Source: an uncultured Prolixibacteraceae bacterium
Lineage (GTDB): Bacteria; Bacteroidota; Bacteroidia; Bacteroidales; FEN-979
Assembly: GCA_964642545.1 (NCBI GenBank)
Contig: CAZXQU010000001.1
Location: forward strand, 111,797 to 175,796
Direction of reading: 5' to 3'
DNA length: 64,000 nucleotides
Under the pieces are notes generated by a model, which saw only the letters and a list, made by a program, of their open reading frames with translations, was not told the DNA's origin and ran no database searches. Of this stretch, positions 63,616 to 64,000 are shown one piece after another (position 1 is the first letter of the stretch; each line of letters begins with the position of its first letter). A program made the position numbers and the translations under genes.

Positions 63616-64000
63616 ATGGTATTAAAGCAATCTGTTATCTTATTGATTACAGGAGGTATGTGGTTGGCTGTAAGTATTAACGCAGTACAGTCACAGGAAT
63701 CATCATGGTCGCACCGACAAGATTTTTCATCTCCTCCGAGGATTCAGGCTGTCGGATTTTCCATTGGTGACAAAGGGTATATAGCCACCGGAACTGATGG
63801 AATGAGCGACCATCTCCTTCAGGATTTACAGGAATATGATCCGGGCACGAACAGTTGGACGTTTAAATCGAGTCTTCCTTTCCCCCTGCGCGGCAGTGTA
63901 GCATTTTCGATTGGTTCTAAAGCGTATGTAACAACTGGTGGAGGTTCATATGGCTTGAATTATCAGACGCAGGAGTGGGATCAGGGAACCAATATCTGGC
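63616..64000 (+). CDS. Secreted Kelch-repeat-like protein, N-terminal part (runs off window)
   Basis: This is my translation from the ATG at 63616: MVLKQSVILLITGGMWLAVSINAVQSQ..AVGFSIGDKGYIATG...EYDPGTNSWTFKSSLPFPLRGSVAFSIGSKAYVTTGG. It shows a Kelch-like periodicity. It is not in the ORF track because it is open at the right edge. Confidence 0.55.
   Translation, partial: MVLKQSVILLITGGMWLAVSINAVQSQESSWSHRQDFSSPPRIQAVGFSIGDKGYIATGTDGMSDHLLQDLQEYDPGTNSWTFKSSLPFPLRGSVAFSIGSKAYVTTGGGSYGLNYQTQEWDQGTNIW

Noticed and set aside
1-64000. Defence island, prophage or integrative element
   Set aside because: No integrase, recombinase, DDE transposase, restriction/modification, toxin-antitoxin, reverse transcriptase or phage structural genes were recognised. 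The gene content is core metabolism, envelope and T9SS cargo.

Overview
This window looks like a Bacteroidota chromosomal segment. The evidence is six T9SS C-terminal sorting-domain proteins, a PorX-type regulator, LpxC-FabZ and FeoA-FeoB fusions, TAnnTTTG -7 promoter boxes and no Shine-Dalgarno spacing. It is mostly housekeeping genes. These include ribD behind an FMN riboswitch, hydF, ftcD, hutI, two tandem C10 cysteine proteases, two thioredoxins, feoAB, tex, aroA-aroB and ald. They also include tsaE, porX, lpxD-lpxC/fabZ-lpxA plus a second lpxD, efp, a Wzy/Wzz/Wzx/glycosyltransferase surface-polysaccharide block, purD, rnhB and a murD-like gene coupled to a PP-loop protein. I saw no rRNA, tRNA, CRISPR, integrase or DDE transposase. 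The feature that gene annotation does not explain is a family of at least 20 phase-locked 7-nt or 8-nt tandem arrays. Their unit sequence drifts while the register is kept. They fill many short intergenic spacers completely, from stop codon to stop codon or from stop codon to start codon. They supply the actual stop codons and C-terminal tails of several genes, and they sit in frame inside aroA, hutI and a wbqC-like gene. The same unit families (GACGTGA, CAGTGGG, ATTCGTA, TTCCTAA, GGTGATG, ATTAGGG) recur at unlinked loci. The closest described analogue I know is the STRR heptamer repeats of heterocyst-forming cyanobacteria. Secondary points are a candidate MurD2/MurL alternative D-Glu route, a multiply frameshifted T9SS cargo pseudogene, a small AAATCCCCT hairpin motif recurring just downstream of genes, an HD-domain gene without a canonical start codon, and an AT-rich glycosyltransferase gene. 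All calls come from reading the sequence and the ORF track; no database search was run.
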